A stretch of DNA of 64,000 nucleotides from the human T2T-CHM13v2.0 reference genome, Homo sapiens: NCBI RefSeq assembly GCF_009914755.1, contig NC_060930.1; one strand, given 5' to 3'. Both the position numbers and the translations under genes were made by a program. This document shows positions 43,853-57,799 of the stretch, piece after piece (the first letter of the stretch is position 1; every line of letters begins with the position of its first letter). The notes below the pieces were generated by a model. That model saw only the letters and a list, made by a program, of their open reading frames with translations, did no database searches and had not been told where the DNA came from.

Positions 43853-45237
43853 ATCCCCCCAAACCCCCAAACTTTTCTTCAGCATACTAATTGACATTGT
43901 ACATACTAATGACGTTGTACGTCTACTTTAATTGGAAGGTTTATGTTCACATTTAATATACCAATTCATTGTGTTCTGAAATAAGGATAACATGACGTCA
44001 CTAAAGTCAGAATGCATATGTGTGACTTCAGATCTTATTTAAAAAGTCAAAGTGGGCTTTCATTGCAAACCCTGATTTTTCTGGACATGGATCCTATAGA
44101 ACATGCTCTGTTATGCAACAGCTGCTTATTCAGCCTGATTTTCTACTGGCTTAGTTTTCTCCATGGCATCCTTAGGAAGCCTGTTAAGAGGATTTCTGAC
44201 AAAAAAAAAAAAAAAAGACTCAGAGATCCAGCTATCAAAACATGTATCATCCAACCACGCACTGGAGTCAGCAGAGGTTGTTGGGAGGCAGGGCTGGAAA
44301 AGACAGTGACAGGTTTCAGAATGAGCTCACAGGCTCTGCTCACTCTCCCAGAGGACTTGATTTTTGAATTGAGCAGGATTAAGTGGCTTTGGGAGGACAG
44401 AAGCTAGTATTATCTGGGGAGTAATAACAAGGCTCAGCCACTCTGTTACCCTGAAAGGAATGTGAAAACTGTTGTGTTTTTCTATTTGGTGTTTTGTTTC
44501 ATAAGTTTTGGGAGCAGAAGGCGGCTAGGATTGCCCTAAGTTCTGCAGGTTAAAAGTATGAACAATGTGTTAGGAGCTCTTTAAATTTAAAAGGAGGCTC
44601 TTTTCGAAGTTTTACCTGAGCAAAGGGTAGATAGGCATCAATCTTCCCAGATACTAGTAACATATAGTGGGAATATGTTTGTTGTAGAATATATTTGATT
44701 TAAGCATGCAGATATTTTACTATCTTAAAATTATATGTATTATTTATAAAAATATATGACATTATTTTATAAAGAAAATGATTAAAAGCTCCTAAATTTC
44801 CACCTCAACTTATAACATATAGGAAATGTGCCAGGTGTATTAGGATGAAGATATACTGTGATATTGATAATTGAACTATGACGTAATTCCAAAAGAGTGG
44901 GCCAACCATACAAGAATATCTTGGTGGAATTTTAGTTATAGTATTAGAAATGTAAACTTGAAGGTGAAGTGAGGTTTTCTCTGGGGATGGAGATTAGGGA
45001 GCATAAAAAATGAAGACAATGAACTTAAGGAAAAATGTGTCCATTTAATCAGCATTTGTTGTACTTTTAAAAAATGGCTTATTTAAAACAGGTTTTTTAG
45101 GTTAGCTCAAAAAAAATTTTTTTTAAGTATACAAAAAGTTACATATTTCTTCCTCTATCTTCCTCTTACCCATCTCACACTCTGTTCACCCACTCCTGCT
45201 GGTAACCACTGCTATACATTTCTTATATGTTCTTGCT

Positions 45238-45350
45238 GTGGCAGATTGTGTTTCCAAAGATGGCCATCCCACCTGCTCTTTTGCAATGTGACTTTGCCAC
45301 TTCCCCCATTAAGAGATAGAATCTATTTTCCCTCCTCTTGAATCTGGGCT
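45238..45350 (+). mobile_element. MLT1 (G/H-type) LTR 5' fragment
   Basis: TGTGGCAGATTG..TTTCCAAAGATGGCC...GCAATGTGACTTTGCCAC...CTTGAATCTGGGCTG. Confidence 0.65.
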
Positions 45351-47177
45351 GCTCAGTGTTCTAAGCTCTGTATAGGAATTAACTCATTCGAGCCTTACAA
45401 GAGCCATATGAGGAGATACCATTATTATCCCTGTTCTATAAATGAGGAAACAATAAAGGTAATAAGCCAAAGGTTACTTAAGAACAACATTCAGAGAGTA
45501 GAAATTATAGTATATACAAGAAGAAATAGAACCTTTAATTCATCCACAGAAAGCACTCAGGAAGTGTTGGTTATTATTAACAGCATTTCAAATATGTTAT
45601 TTCTATGTTAATTTTGCATAATTTCTTATTTCACATTTTTCTAATTTTCTAACGTATTATTTTCATTGTTTCAAAATAATCTTCCATTCCCTTTTTTATT
45701 GTTTTACTATTATTCACTTTTCTTTTCAAGTCCTTAATTCTGTATCTAAACCTTAATCCCATTTAGTTTTCCATTTTTAAACTCAAATTTTAAAAAATTC
45801 ATTACCTCTTTTGCATTCCTGTTTTTAGTTTTAAAAATTCTATTGTTATGGAGACTTCTCAACTTAAATCTCATCTCGTATTTCCTTATTTTTAACTCAT
45901 TATTTAATTCTTATTTGGAAATTAGTTTTTTCTGTTTTTAAAAATTAATTTTGCCTTTTTATTGTATTTTATTCTTAGTATATTTTGAATCTTTTAAGTT
46001 TCTTCTAGTCTTTCATGGTGAGAGTTTCTGATAATCTTCGTAATTTGTCTCTCTCACAAGTAACATCATCTAGTATATAAGACTCTAGAAGCCTGTAATC
46101 TTCTACCTTGAACTGGATGATCTGGGACAGGTTTCTACACTTTGAGTAGTGAATTTGATGGTTTAAGCTACCTTTAGTTGTACCTTTTGAGATCCATTAT
46201 CTTCCCTATATTATGGAATGTGGCCAGTTGGGGTCATTAAACAAAGGACACTGATGTAGTAGCTTTACTTGTTTTTTTATACATACACCTGCAAGAGAAG
46301 TCAAAATACTCACTTTGCCATATTCATGTTTTAGGTTTTTTTTAAAATTGTTCCTGATAATTGGTTAAAAATGTTGGCTGAGATTAGGTTTAGGCTCGCT
46401 GTTGAGTTCCTTGATCATATGACAAGGATTTTTCTTAACAATGAACCATTATAGTCAAGGTAGACTCTGTATTCTGGACACAGGCTGGTTCTCTTTTTGC
46501 TGATACTTTAGTTTCTATTTATTCTACACACACTGTAATTGAGCTTATTATTGTTGGTCACTGATGACCAGAAGTGATTTCAAATTCAAGGAGGCATTTT
46601 CTGGAGTGATTGCAGTAGTTCCTTTCTCTGTGAGCCTTCTCGCTTCAAGGCAGATGCATTAACATTACTGAAGACTTCAGACACATTTCTTCTCTGGGGA
46701 CCAGCAATCTAGACCACTGAATATTAAGCCTTCTTTGCTTATACCATCTCAAGATAGATGCCTTGAACTAAATATTTTTATCTTTGGAAAAAAAGTAAAC
46801 CATAGCCAATACTACCCGTGGTGAGAATAAAGAGATTAGAGGACAGAGAACACTATGATGACCAAAGGGACTTTAAGATATATTGGTTTTCGGTTGTGGT
46901 CACAACTTACAATGGTAGCTTAAAAGGAGATTTCACCTCTTATTTCCTCTTAACAGTTTTGATAACTTAAAAATGGTTTGATACATGTGGTATCCTAGAA
47001 AATGTAGAAATCACCTTCTAATGCTTGGTTTGACAAAGACTTTTAGGTAGCAAAGAAAACAAAACAGTACAAAACAAAACAAAACAAAATTAAACAACAA
47101 AAAGAGACTAGTTAGTGCTTGACATATGAAACAAAAATAAAAAATTTCCACCTGCTATTTTTACCACATTTAAACTC

Positions 47178-47826
47178 TATAGGGACCAAAAGGAAAGTTC
47201 CCCTTGGCCCTCTGATGATTCATTGAAAAATTGACTCAAAAAAGGCATATTAATTGGAGAAAAGGCATCCAAATTCATTTAATATATACACATAGAAGTC
47301 TTCAGAATGAAGACCCAAACATACAGGGAAAATTGTCCATTTTTATGCTTCGGTTCAACAAAATACGGACATCCATGTAGAAATATAATTGAACAAAATG
47401 TGTATGATCTAATGCTAATATGCTGAGTGGGGAAACCCAGCAAGGCCTGTCTGTCCAGATTGTTCTTGGCCTCTCTGAACACGCACTTTTTCCTCTGAGT
47501 GTAGATCTGAACCGCTCTTGAGTGGGAGGGTCTTATGACCTACAGTCAAACAAGGTAGGTCAGATAAATTTTTATGACCAGTTTTCACACAGCAAGGTAG
47601 AGGGAAAGTTAGAAAAATATTTTTAGGTTTTCTGGCTGGCTTTGGGGAAAAGGGATTCTGTTTTCTGTAACCCACCTTGGGGAAGAAGGATTCTAATTTC
47701 CATGTCTAGCTTTGGGGGAGAATGGAACTTAGAGATAGGAGGGCAGGGGAAGGTCAGGGAAAAAATTTTTCTTTGAGGCTGATTCTGAGGCCTTCATTTT
47801 GGGGTATTACTTTCTGAGTCCCAAGA
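47178..47826 (-). mobile_element. MER4-family (MER4E-like) 3' LTR of ERV1 provirus
   Basis: AAAGGCA-ATTAATTGGAGAAAAGGCAT, GAATGAAGACCCAAA, GGGTCTTATGACCTACAGTCAAACAAGGTAGGTCAGA, TTTCTGAGTCCCAA. Confidence 0.8.
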
Positions 47827-49159
47827 TTATCCAGTCTGAAACTTCTCCAAGAAATTTACAGTCCAGAAATTGAGTTGGTGGACCATCTTATAAGCAGCTG
47901 AACCAATCTTTTCAATCCCATGAATAGGCCAGTCCAATTAAACAGTTAACATCTGTGTTTCATTTCAGGCAGTGATGTTGTAGATGGCCGTCCACCAAAG
48001 TAAGGCCTCTATATGATCTGAGCAACCAGATGTTTATTAAGAGATGTTTCTATGAAAATAAAAGAAAAACAAATGTTAGCGGTTAGAACAAACTATAAAC
48101 TCATTTTTTTTGAGTCCAGATGGCAGCCAATCATGAAGGTTTTTAGATGTTGGGCTTGAAGCATCTTCAGGAAGTGAGAGCAGATAGTGGCAACCTGACA
48201 CATTTTTCCTGGTTTGTGGTTTGCCTCAGGTGTTCCAGTGAGCTTTCTGAGCAGTGTATTTATCAACAGGCACAGAGTCTGTTCATATATTAAGTTGCTG
48301 TGATGATTTTTTTCCATGTTTGTATCAAATTTTCTGGCTTCAGCTTCCAGGGCTTCAGGAAAAAGTGTTTTTAATTTTAGTGATTCCAAGTGATTCCAAA
48401 AACACTTCAGGAAAAAGTGTTTTTAATTTTAGTGATTTCCAGAAAAATGGAAAGAAATTTGGAAATATTAGTAATATTAGTTTAAATACTTGTAGACATG
48501 AAAGAATTCAAGGTCCACTCCAGATTTGTAGGGAAATAATAAATATTAAAAAGCAATGGAGAAAGCTAGAGTCTAATAACAGATGTACTATAGTTTTCTG
48601 CTGAAAACATAAATTTTCTCTTTCTAGTCCCCCATTTCTACCAAAGACGAATAGTAGGACTAATTTATTTGGAAAATAAGTTTTAGTCATATATTTGGCT
48701 TGATTATATATGTGAAGTTCACTGAGAATAGTGATTAGACAATATAGGCTCTTTTTAAGTTGGCTTTACTGAAACTTTTTCAAAAGAAATCTCAGATTAG
48801 TCTTTTACAGGCCTCAAGGCTAAAAAGGCAAGCCAAGGATTTGCCAGACTGTACCTATAATACTGATATAAATTGGCTGAATTCCTCTCTCTCAAGGTGC
48901 CAAAATAACTTGAGCCTGTCAGAAAGTGACATTCCTTACTTACCTTGTAAAGAAACCAGGTAGACAAGGTACCAGAACAGTCTTTCCAAGGAACTTTTTA
49001 TTGACCCTATAAAGTCAACATCAATTTCTCAAAGCAGTCTGAGCATATCTGAAAATATGCCATTTTAGTTATGACTGGTGAAATAACCAGTGTCTCCATT
49101 TGTATCTTGTTATAAAACAGATAGTTATTGATAATAATTATTGATAATTATTGCCGTAA

Positions 49160-49452
49160 TTTTTATTTTTTTGAGATGGAGTCTCATTCTTGTTGTCCAG
49201 GCTGGAGTACAATGGCGCAATCTTGGCTCACTGCAACCTTCACCTCCTGAGGTGATTCTCCTGCCTCAGCATCCTGAGTAGCTGGGATTATAGGCATCTG
49301 CCACCATGCCCAGCTAATTTTTGCACTTTTTTAGTAGAGATGGGGTTTCACCATGTTGACCAGGCTGGTCTTGACCTCCTGACCTTAGATGACCCACTCG
49401 CCATGGCCTCCCAAACTGCTGGGATTACAGGCGTGAGCCACTGTGCCTAGCC
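49160..49452 (-). mobile_element. AluS inside ERV
   Basis: Alu dimer, GGAGTACAATGGCGCAATCTTGGCTCACTGCAACC. Confidence 0.92.
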
Positions 49453-51296
49453 AACAAATTAAGCATATTTACAAATAGTTTCCAAATTCTGGAGAAATAA
49501 GGTAGAGAGAAAGATAAATCCTTCAGATTTTGCTTATAAAAGTATACTTTACCCAATTGGTTGTAAGCTATAAACAGTTCAAAAGGAAAAAAGAAAGTTT
49601 TCTTGACTGTGTTAAACAAAGCATGAAAAGAATCAGCAATGTTTCAAGCAAAAAGCTCAAGAAAATTATTTCAGTACTCTATCAGTTCAGTCGCAGGTAA
49701 TTAACTCTTGTCAGCTTGATGTTGGGTTAGCAATCCTCGTGAACGCATCAGCTTTTCAACTAGAATCCTGGAAGTTTTTTGCTAGTCCAATGGTATGATC
49801 TCCAAGATTATCAGAAAGCTGTATTTAAGAGTACTCCTAAGAGTCCTTTTCATGAATTTCCCTAAAAAAAGAAGCAAGTTTTGGTCTGTATCTGATTATA
49901 AACTACTTTTTGAGGAGAATTCAAATAAAACAATAATTGTCTGTGGATGACAGAAGTCTTAGAATAACTGTAGTTAAAAACACATTTGACAAGAAAATTT
50001 GGTTATTTTTGTGGCATACAACAATTTAATATAATAATTATTATTGATAACATATTAAGGCATATTATCAGAATTTTAAGAATCACATACAATTTTAGAA
50101 TACATATTAAGAACATATTTATACAAATATAACCTCCCCAAAAGTTAGACACTATTTCTTATTTGACATTCCTATATGATTTTTAACATATCAAATCTTG
50201 TATTATCTCTTGGACTTCCAGGGGCCCTATATCCAGAAAATTAGCTTGAGGTCAAAAAGACTATTTAGAAATTGAAATTTTGATTTTACCAATTCAAATA
50301 TCAAAGGTTTAAGACAGTTGCTCAATATAGAATCACAGGTCACTCTGTAAAATAAGGCATTCGTTTAGCCAAAGCAGTAACTCAAAGATTTCAAAAAACA
50401 ACAATCTTTAATCTTTGATAGAAGACTCAGTTTCCTCAACAATCACAAGACCTAATAAAGATACCATGAGGCAAACACTGAATCCATCTCTCTTTCTTGC
50501 CCCTTTTTTTGTAGTTTACTCAAAAGGTAAATAAATATCTTTTAATACCTCTTATTAATACTACCAAAAAATCTTGTTCAAAAAAGAAAAAGTTTACCTT
50601 TGTATCAGCGTTTTATTGTTAAGCTAATTTTAACAAAATCTTATAAACAAATCCATCTAATCCCAATCAGCTTTGACCACATAAAATAAGATTTTTATAA
50701 GCCTTTTGTAACCTCTTATAATTTTTCTCACTTTTAATTTCCTGAACTTTTAATATATATTTAGTTTTATTTTTCTATTTTTTTATTTAATTTAAAACAA
50801 TTAAAACATTTTTAATTAGATAAAATTATTTTTCTTTTAACAAAAACTACATTCTTATGTCTTCTTATAACTTTTTACTTTACCAAAAACACATCCAACT
50901 TTTAAAATACACTTACATGTAGAATTATTTCTCTCTTATCAAGTAGGTTTAATTACATATATGAATTACAGTGTTAACTCTTGGTAACCCTTATTTTCAT
51001 TGAAAAATCTAGGAAGTAAGCAGTTTTAATTATGTGTATCAGATACGTAACCCAGGACAAAGGACAATGCTCAGGGGATCTAATTTATCCCAGCATGGCA
51101 AGAAGCACAGCCAGACCAGAGGACAGGCTGGGTGTTGTCCCTAGGCCTCACCATGACCCATGGTTGAAATCCAAAAATACAAGTTCACAGATTTAAAAAA
51201 AAATATGTAATTTATTATTTATATATATAATAGAAGCAACAGTTTTATTACTGTAAAATATCTAGTAGAGATAGCATAAAACTGTCTAACCAATAG

Positions 51297-51627
<331 letters not shown>

Positions 51628-52942
51628 TAGATTCTTAAGATGCTTTTGCTTTACCAACAAATTAAAAACTATCTTTATTTACCAAAGATTAGTAAAGTCA
51701 CATGAACTAGAAAAAGTAACTAATACTTTTACTTAGTTTATGATAACTTGTTTATTTATAAGTCAATTTAATATCACACAGACAGTATATAGACAGACAT
51801 ATACCCATGTACACACAGATATAGACAAGCATAAATAAAGATATTATAGTTTTGCTTTTAAAATTTCAGCCAAGAGACAGGTAAAACTCACCAGTTTAAA
51901 AGGACAGTGGGATTAAATGGTGCCTCTGTAAATCAACAAGTTATGGCTGAAGACCGTAACAATTTTAGAGTAAAGGGGCAGTCAATTTACATCTCAAGGC
52001 AAAGAGAGAGAATTTGAGCTTTTTCAAGAAAGTGTTTAGTTGTGTTAGTTCGAGGAAGATTAAAAATGAATGCCAAAGTAACACAAAATCATAGGAATTT
52101 ACCAGAGGATTGCATAAAGAGACCAATTTCATTTAGATAGGTAGCTTTTAATTTAATATTTTTCAACTAAACCACTGAACTCAGGGCTGAGCCCATTAAG
52201 AAACAGGGCAAACAAAGTATTTGCAGTTTTTAGGACCTAATAATTTAAATATGTGAAAAGCAGGCATAATTGGAAGGCAGATAATCTAAACTTTAAAAAT
52301 CAAGAATTTCACTTTTACATTGAATCTCAGAACCCCTCAAAGAGGGAAGTGCCACATGACCCAGCTGTACAAGGCTTTCACAGTGTGCTTGGCTACAAAG
52401 ACATTTCTCTAAGTGTTTAAATTGCATCCTTTCTTATCTAAGTGTGCAAAGATAAGAGTAACCCCAGTAGTAGAAACTATTGACTATAAACAACTGCAGC
52501 TCTTACCAGTGACCTGCCAGCCACCACACACACAAAGGTCAAGGTTTATTTTTTTTCACAGAACAAAGTAATTTTCTGATACTCTCCATAGTAAAAGAGA
52601 TCAGATAATGCAGTGCAAAAGAGCAGAGTTTTAGACCTGACAGACTGTCCATGACTTCTAAAACTCTATAAGGAAAGTAGAAGAGCCCTTGAAAGGGGCT
52701 GGGTGGTGCTTTTTTCTGAGCTCCTTAAGGAGTCTGAGTCATTAGAATTCTTCTCTGGATCTTTTCATTTGTACCAAAGGTGGCAAAGAGAAAGGAGGAG
52801 TAAGGAGGAGGAAGAACAGTTTTTAAGAAAGGAAGCAAACAGAGGGAACAAGCACATAATTAAGAAAAAAAAAAAAGATTTTAGTCCACTGAAAATAAAA
52901 TTTCCAAAAACACAATTCAAGGAGAAAGAACAGAAAGGCCTT

Positions 52943-53038
52943 GTATGTATATATGTATGTGTATATATGTATATATTTATGTATTGTGTGTGTATATTTA
53001 TGTGTGCATATACATTATGTGTATTTGTATATATATGT
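52943..53038. repeat. (TA/TG)n degenerate microsatellite
   Basis: Directly visible. Confidence 0.85.
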
Positions 53039-53438
53039 TGAATGTTAGGTTTTCATTCAATTAACGTTTAATTATAGAGCTCTTAAAAATCCTTTTAAGT
53101 CTCTTATTGTCAGATTTTATACAGGACAAACTACTGACATTTCTGGCTTATGAACTTTTTTTTTTTTTATACCAAAGGTACCTTTTAAAGTCAAGCCGTA
53201 ACTATCCAGAATCATCCTAAAGACAGCTCAAAGATAGGAAACTTTCTCTAGAATACTTTTTAGGGTCTCAGTTTCTCAGCTGCCTTTCTACACAAAAAAG
53301 ACCAAAAAACCTTGTGTGCCTTCCACAGATAGAAAAAGACATAAAATCAAAAGCTGTCCATGGATGGGAAAAGGATCAATAACAAATAGGTACCCTGAAA
53401 AGTTAAAAGCCACACAAATATCAAAAATCAAGAGGGAA

Positions 53439-53515
53439 TGGTTTCCTGAACAGGAATTGAACCCAGGCCATGGCAGTGAAAGCACAGAATTTTAACTATT
53501 ATGTCACAAAGTGGA
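53439..53515 (-). pseudogene. tRNA-Glu(TTC)-derived relic with encoded CCA, inside the ERV leader
   Basis: Minus strand TCCACTTTGTGACATAATAGTTAAAATTCTGTGCTTTCACTGCCATGGCCTGGGTTCAATTCCTGTTCAGGAAACCA aligns to vertebrate tRNA-Glu-TTC (...GCTTTCACCGCCGCGGCCCGGGTTCGATTCCCGGTCAGGGAACCA), largely via CpG-type decay. Confidence 0.75.
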
Positions 53516-54417
53516 GTGACCTTTATTGTTACTCCCACGGGGAAAAGCAGGTGGTTTGAGAATACAAAGGATTTTAACTTTGTTTTAGGTCAGATTTTTG
53601 CTCTTTAATTTAGTCAAGAGAATTTCAAAGGCTAGCCATTGTACTATTACGTGTCTTTCTTCTAATTTAATCTTCCCATCAATTGTTTAGAATAAGTTAT
53701 CTCTAAAATTCTTCTTCTTCTTCTTCTTTTTTTTTTAATTCAGGAAGCTTTCTAATTTAAAGGATCCATCTTTTGTCCACTGATTAATTAGAATTTCCAA
53801 CAGTGCGCTTATTCCAATAATGACTCAATCCAATAGCCTCTTCAGTGAAGAAGCAATTTCAAAGATTCCCCCAAATAGGCTAAGATAGACTAACTCTCCT
53901 AAGAGCTTGACACACTTGGAACAAAAAGTCTCGGTTTCTGGGCCATTCTCAGACTGGCCACCTAACATGACCTGAAAATGACACTGCTTGGATGGCAAGA
54001 TCAAGAGAGAGTGCTCCCACAAGGTCACAAGTCAAGCTCTCAAAAATGTAAAATACAATGAGAGAGAGCCTCATTTGGTACCTCTCTTTATGACAGAACA
54101 ACACAGAAAAACAAATACAATGAGTATTTCTGGGAGGAAAAGGATCAAACAATACAAATATTAACGTTGCAAAGTACCAAAAAGTACATCAGAATCGTTA
54201 CACTGACTAGTTACACAAATTTTTTTCTCTCATTAATCAAAATTTTGCAGAGGAAAGGTGATTTTCACCATCCTCTCAGCTGGATTACATAGAGAGGGTG
54301 AGAGCCTGTCTGGTAAGAAATTCCTACCCTTATGCTAACTTACTGGGTCCTGGATTCTCTTCACTGAGGCTTCCGGAAGAGCAGAGCTTTGATCATCTTG
54401 TTCACAGTGTCAAACAG

Positions 54418-54603
54418 TTGGGGCAAAGGGAAAATTTCCCCTTCACCCTCTGAAGATTCACTGAAAACTGAACTCCCAAAAAGGCAGAGACTCCAATTAA
54501 TCTCCTTCTTTATAACATGTACCGTAGCTTGATAGCCTTTTTGTGAGTTGATTTTTCAGTGAACCTTCAGAGGACAAAGGGGAAATATTCCCTAGGCCCC
54601 CAA
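54418..54603. repeat. Fold-back (inverted) remnant of the MER4-type 5' LTR end
   Basis: 54418-54485 and the reverse complement of 54535-54603 align to each other and to 47178-47250. Confidence 0.85.
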
Positions 54604-55644
54604 AAACATTATCAGTGTTTTTTTAAAAAGTGGTAAAATAAAACTATGTGGAAAGCTCCAACAAACTAGTAAGAATAGATTTTGAGATATAATTACTTGA
54701 GGTACGATTTTGGAAAGTGAGGAAGAGGACTGGTTATTTATATTTCCTAGCTTTACAAAAAAATAATTTGCTCTGAATTTTATAATGAATTGCTTCGCTA
54801 TGCTTCCTTGTCTTCTGTCATTGACTTAAGAGTTTAAGATATTTGTGGACAGATTTATCTTTTGAATTTTTCAGACTTCACATGGTGTGTTACAATTTCT
54901 TTCAATTTCTTTGTTAATTAATGCCACATTTACCCTAAAATATAGTCCATCTTTTCTTTTTTAAAGGAAAAATTACAGATCTATTAGAGTATAATACAAT
55001 AAATTCCTTTTACAATACAGACCATGTTCTTCTTGGTGAATTGCAAATTTGATTTTTTATGTTAATGTCCCCCCCAACCAAACAGGCAAGATTTAAGCAT
55101 CGTTATTCCATTATTGACTTATCATACTCTGTCACCTCGTAGAAACCTGTCTTCACAGCAGTGTGAACTTGTTTACAATTTTGACAATGTAGACAAGAAT
55201 TAATTGACCTTAAATTTGTAAGCAGAACTTAATTATAGCAAAACTAAATTTGCATTCCCCAGTTATTCATGTTTGTATTAAATTATGCCTTAAATATTAT
55301 GGGGAGAGCTGGGGTTATTAGTAATGATATTTTGATCTTTTGATTGATCAGATAACAATTGTTTTTGTGCAAGAAGGACAGAGTTCTGATTCTCCTTTTT
55401 TATCACTTGTACCATGGATTAATAGCTGTTTTTGATTAGCTGCAAGCATACTTCCCACATAAGATAATAAGTATATTTTTAGATGTGATGATGGTGGTGA
55501 TGATATGGTTTTTTTTTCTTGGCACTTTAGAATATGTTTTATTGAAGGAAATTAATGAAATCATACTTTTGTACATGCTTAACTAATTATTACCTAAGCT
55601 AGGGTAGTAACAATTTTCTAAAGTCTTACAATACTACAGTAACA

Positions 55645-55860
55645 CAATAAACTAGCATTTTTTGAATGCTTGACGTGTGCCAGGCACTTACCCCAGGACT
55701 TTACATGTATGATCACATTTAATTCACACAATAACCCTTTTAGGTAAATACTATTATTCTTATCTGCATTTTTAAAATGAGGAAACACAGGTAGAGACAG
55801 ATCAATTTCCCTGATGTCACACGGTAAGTGGCAATAATTAGAATTCAAAATCCAGTTTGA
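55645..55860 (-). mobile_element. MIR
   Basis: AGCATTTTTTGAATGCTT.ACGTGTGCCAGGCACT...CATTTAATTCACACAATAACCCT...ATGAGGAAACACAGG. Confidence 0.85.
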
Positions 55861-55911
55861 CACCAGAAAGCAAATATACATTATATGATAGAAAGTTAAA
55901 GATTTGCTAAC

Positions 55912-56034
55912 TGCCTGGTGTGGTGGCTCACACCTATAATCCTAGCACTTTGGGAGGCCGAGGCAGGCAGATTGCTTGAGGCCAGGAGTTCAAGACTGGC
56001 CTGAGCAACATAGGGAAACCCCATCTCTATTATT

Positions 56035-56065
<31 letters not shown>

Positions 56066-56069
56066 TTTT
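55912..56069 (+). mobile_element. Alu left monomer (FLAM_C/AluJ-like) followed by (TTTA)n
   Basis: GGTGTGGTGGCTCACACC...GCAACATAGGGAAACCCCATCTCTA; flanked by TTTGCTAA on both sides. Confidence 0.85.
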
Positions 56070-57799
56070 GCTAAGAGCTTAGTGGAAAATTAACTTACTT
56101 CAAATAAAAATCTGTGATAATATCATGAAGAAATTTTCCTTCATTTAGGCAGTGTAGGTCCTCTTTAGTAACAGATATCTCCCTTAGCTGGAGGTGGTAA
56201 ATATACTAACAAATATTTTTATAGGATTAATGGAAATGGCCTGGCTCTCTCATTGATTTCTCATTATCAAAACACTGGATTCTCATTTGTTTCAAAGTGG
56301 TATTTTAGATTCAAAGTACACATTTCAAATTTTTGTTTTGCTTATGCCTTCCTTTGATGCTTCCTTCACAGGCAACACATCTGCTACTGGCTTATTCAAA
56401 GAGAATTTTCCCAGAAAAATTAAAAATATTCTTCATTATACTAATGTATAAACTTAGAACTTAACAAAATAATGTTGAAGGTTATCAGAAAGATTATGTG
56501 ACCCAGAAAAAAAATGGTCAAGAACAATTTGAATACAAAAATAATGAGAAAAAATGTTAACTACCAGATATTAAAATATAAGATTAAGAGTAAATTAATT
56601 AAATAACCTAGTAGATTCTCAATTTCCTATCACTGGAAGTATTCAACTGAAAGATGTAATAGAAAGGGTATAATGGAATCTGCTTACTGGCCATAAGCTG
56701 TCCTACATAATTTCCAAGGTTCCTGAAACTCTCAACTTCTGCCTTTATGTGTTAACAAAGGTGATACGTCAGATATCCTCTGCAAAACATATTGTTTTAC
56801 AGTGAGATCTTCACATTTTGCCTCAAATCATAATAGGTAGACACCTGCTAAGGCTGCCAGCCTGTAACTAGGGCACCCCAGCATAGCACATGTTGCAATC
56901 TACACATCCCCAGAGGGTGTGTAGCCTTCAGTTTATCCCCTAGATATATTTGGGGATACAAGCCAGTACCCAGAGCCTTGGGTCCAGATGCCTTCTAGTA
57001 TTTTGCATCTAGGGGCTACAAAACCTCACTTCCCCTAACTTGCCAAGTAAACTACACTTCATTCCAGGTCTAGAAACTGCTTTCTCCCAAGACAGTCAGG
57101 GTTTCTCCATTTATGTGATTGCAAGGTATCCTCCAGCCATCATCTTAAAAGAGACAGTGCTCCATAATCATAATAGAATTTCAGGTTCCCAACTTTACTG
57201 TGACAAACAGGAAACTTTCCTCACTGAAGAAAATAAAACTAACATAAAGTTAATCTCTGGAGGATTTTCATTCTCATTTTCTACCAAATCTCACCCATTT
57301 CAGGGGACCTTTTTATAATTCTCCTAAATCAGATCTACTGAATCAAACTTTCGAGGAGTTCAGGAATAGCTATTTCTTTGAGCAAGCTCTCCATGAAACA
57401 CTTAGATATTAAAGTTTGAGAATCACTGCCCGAGGCTTTAATCACTTTACCATTGTCTCTTTTCCCATTTCATCAACATAAAACAATATTACATTATCAC
57501 AATTATGCTTTCTATTTCTGTGGCTTCAGCAAGAATTTCTTATGCAATTTGAAAGAAGAGGAAGAATAGACAAGCAGCAGAAATCATGGCGTGGTGGTGG
57601 GATAGCTATCAGAAACAGCAATAGCAAATTATAGACTTTTTTGCAAAAAAGGAAGGTTAGCAACAAGGAGAAGGAAAGGTGTAGATTCATAAACTGCAGA
57701 GTAGAGGCAAACTACCGTCTTGTCAATAGTCCCTTCACCCCTGCAAGCACATACACAGAAGAAAACCTTTGCATATCTTCCTCCTACTTCCGTGCATGC

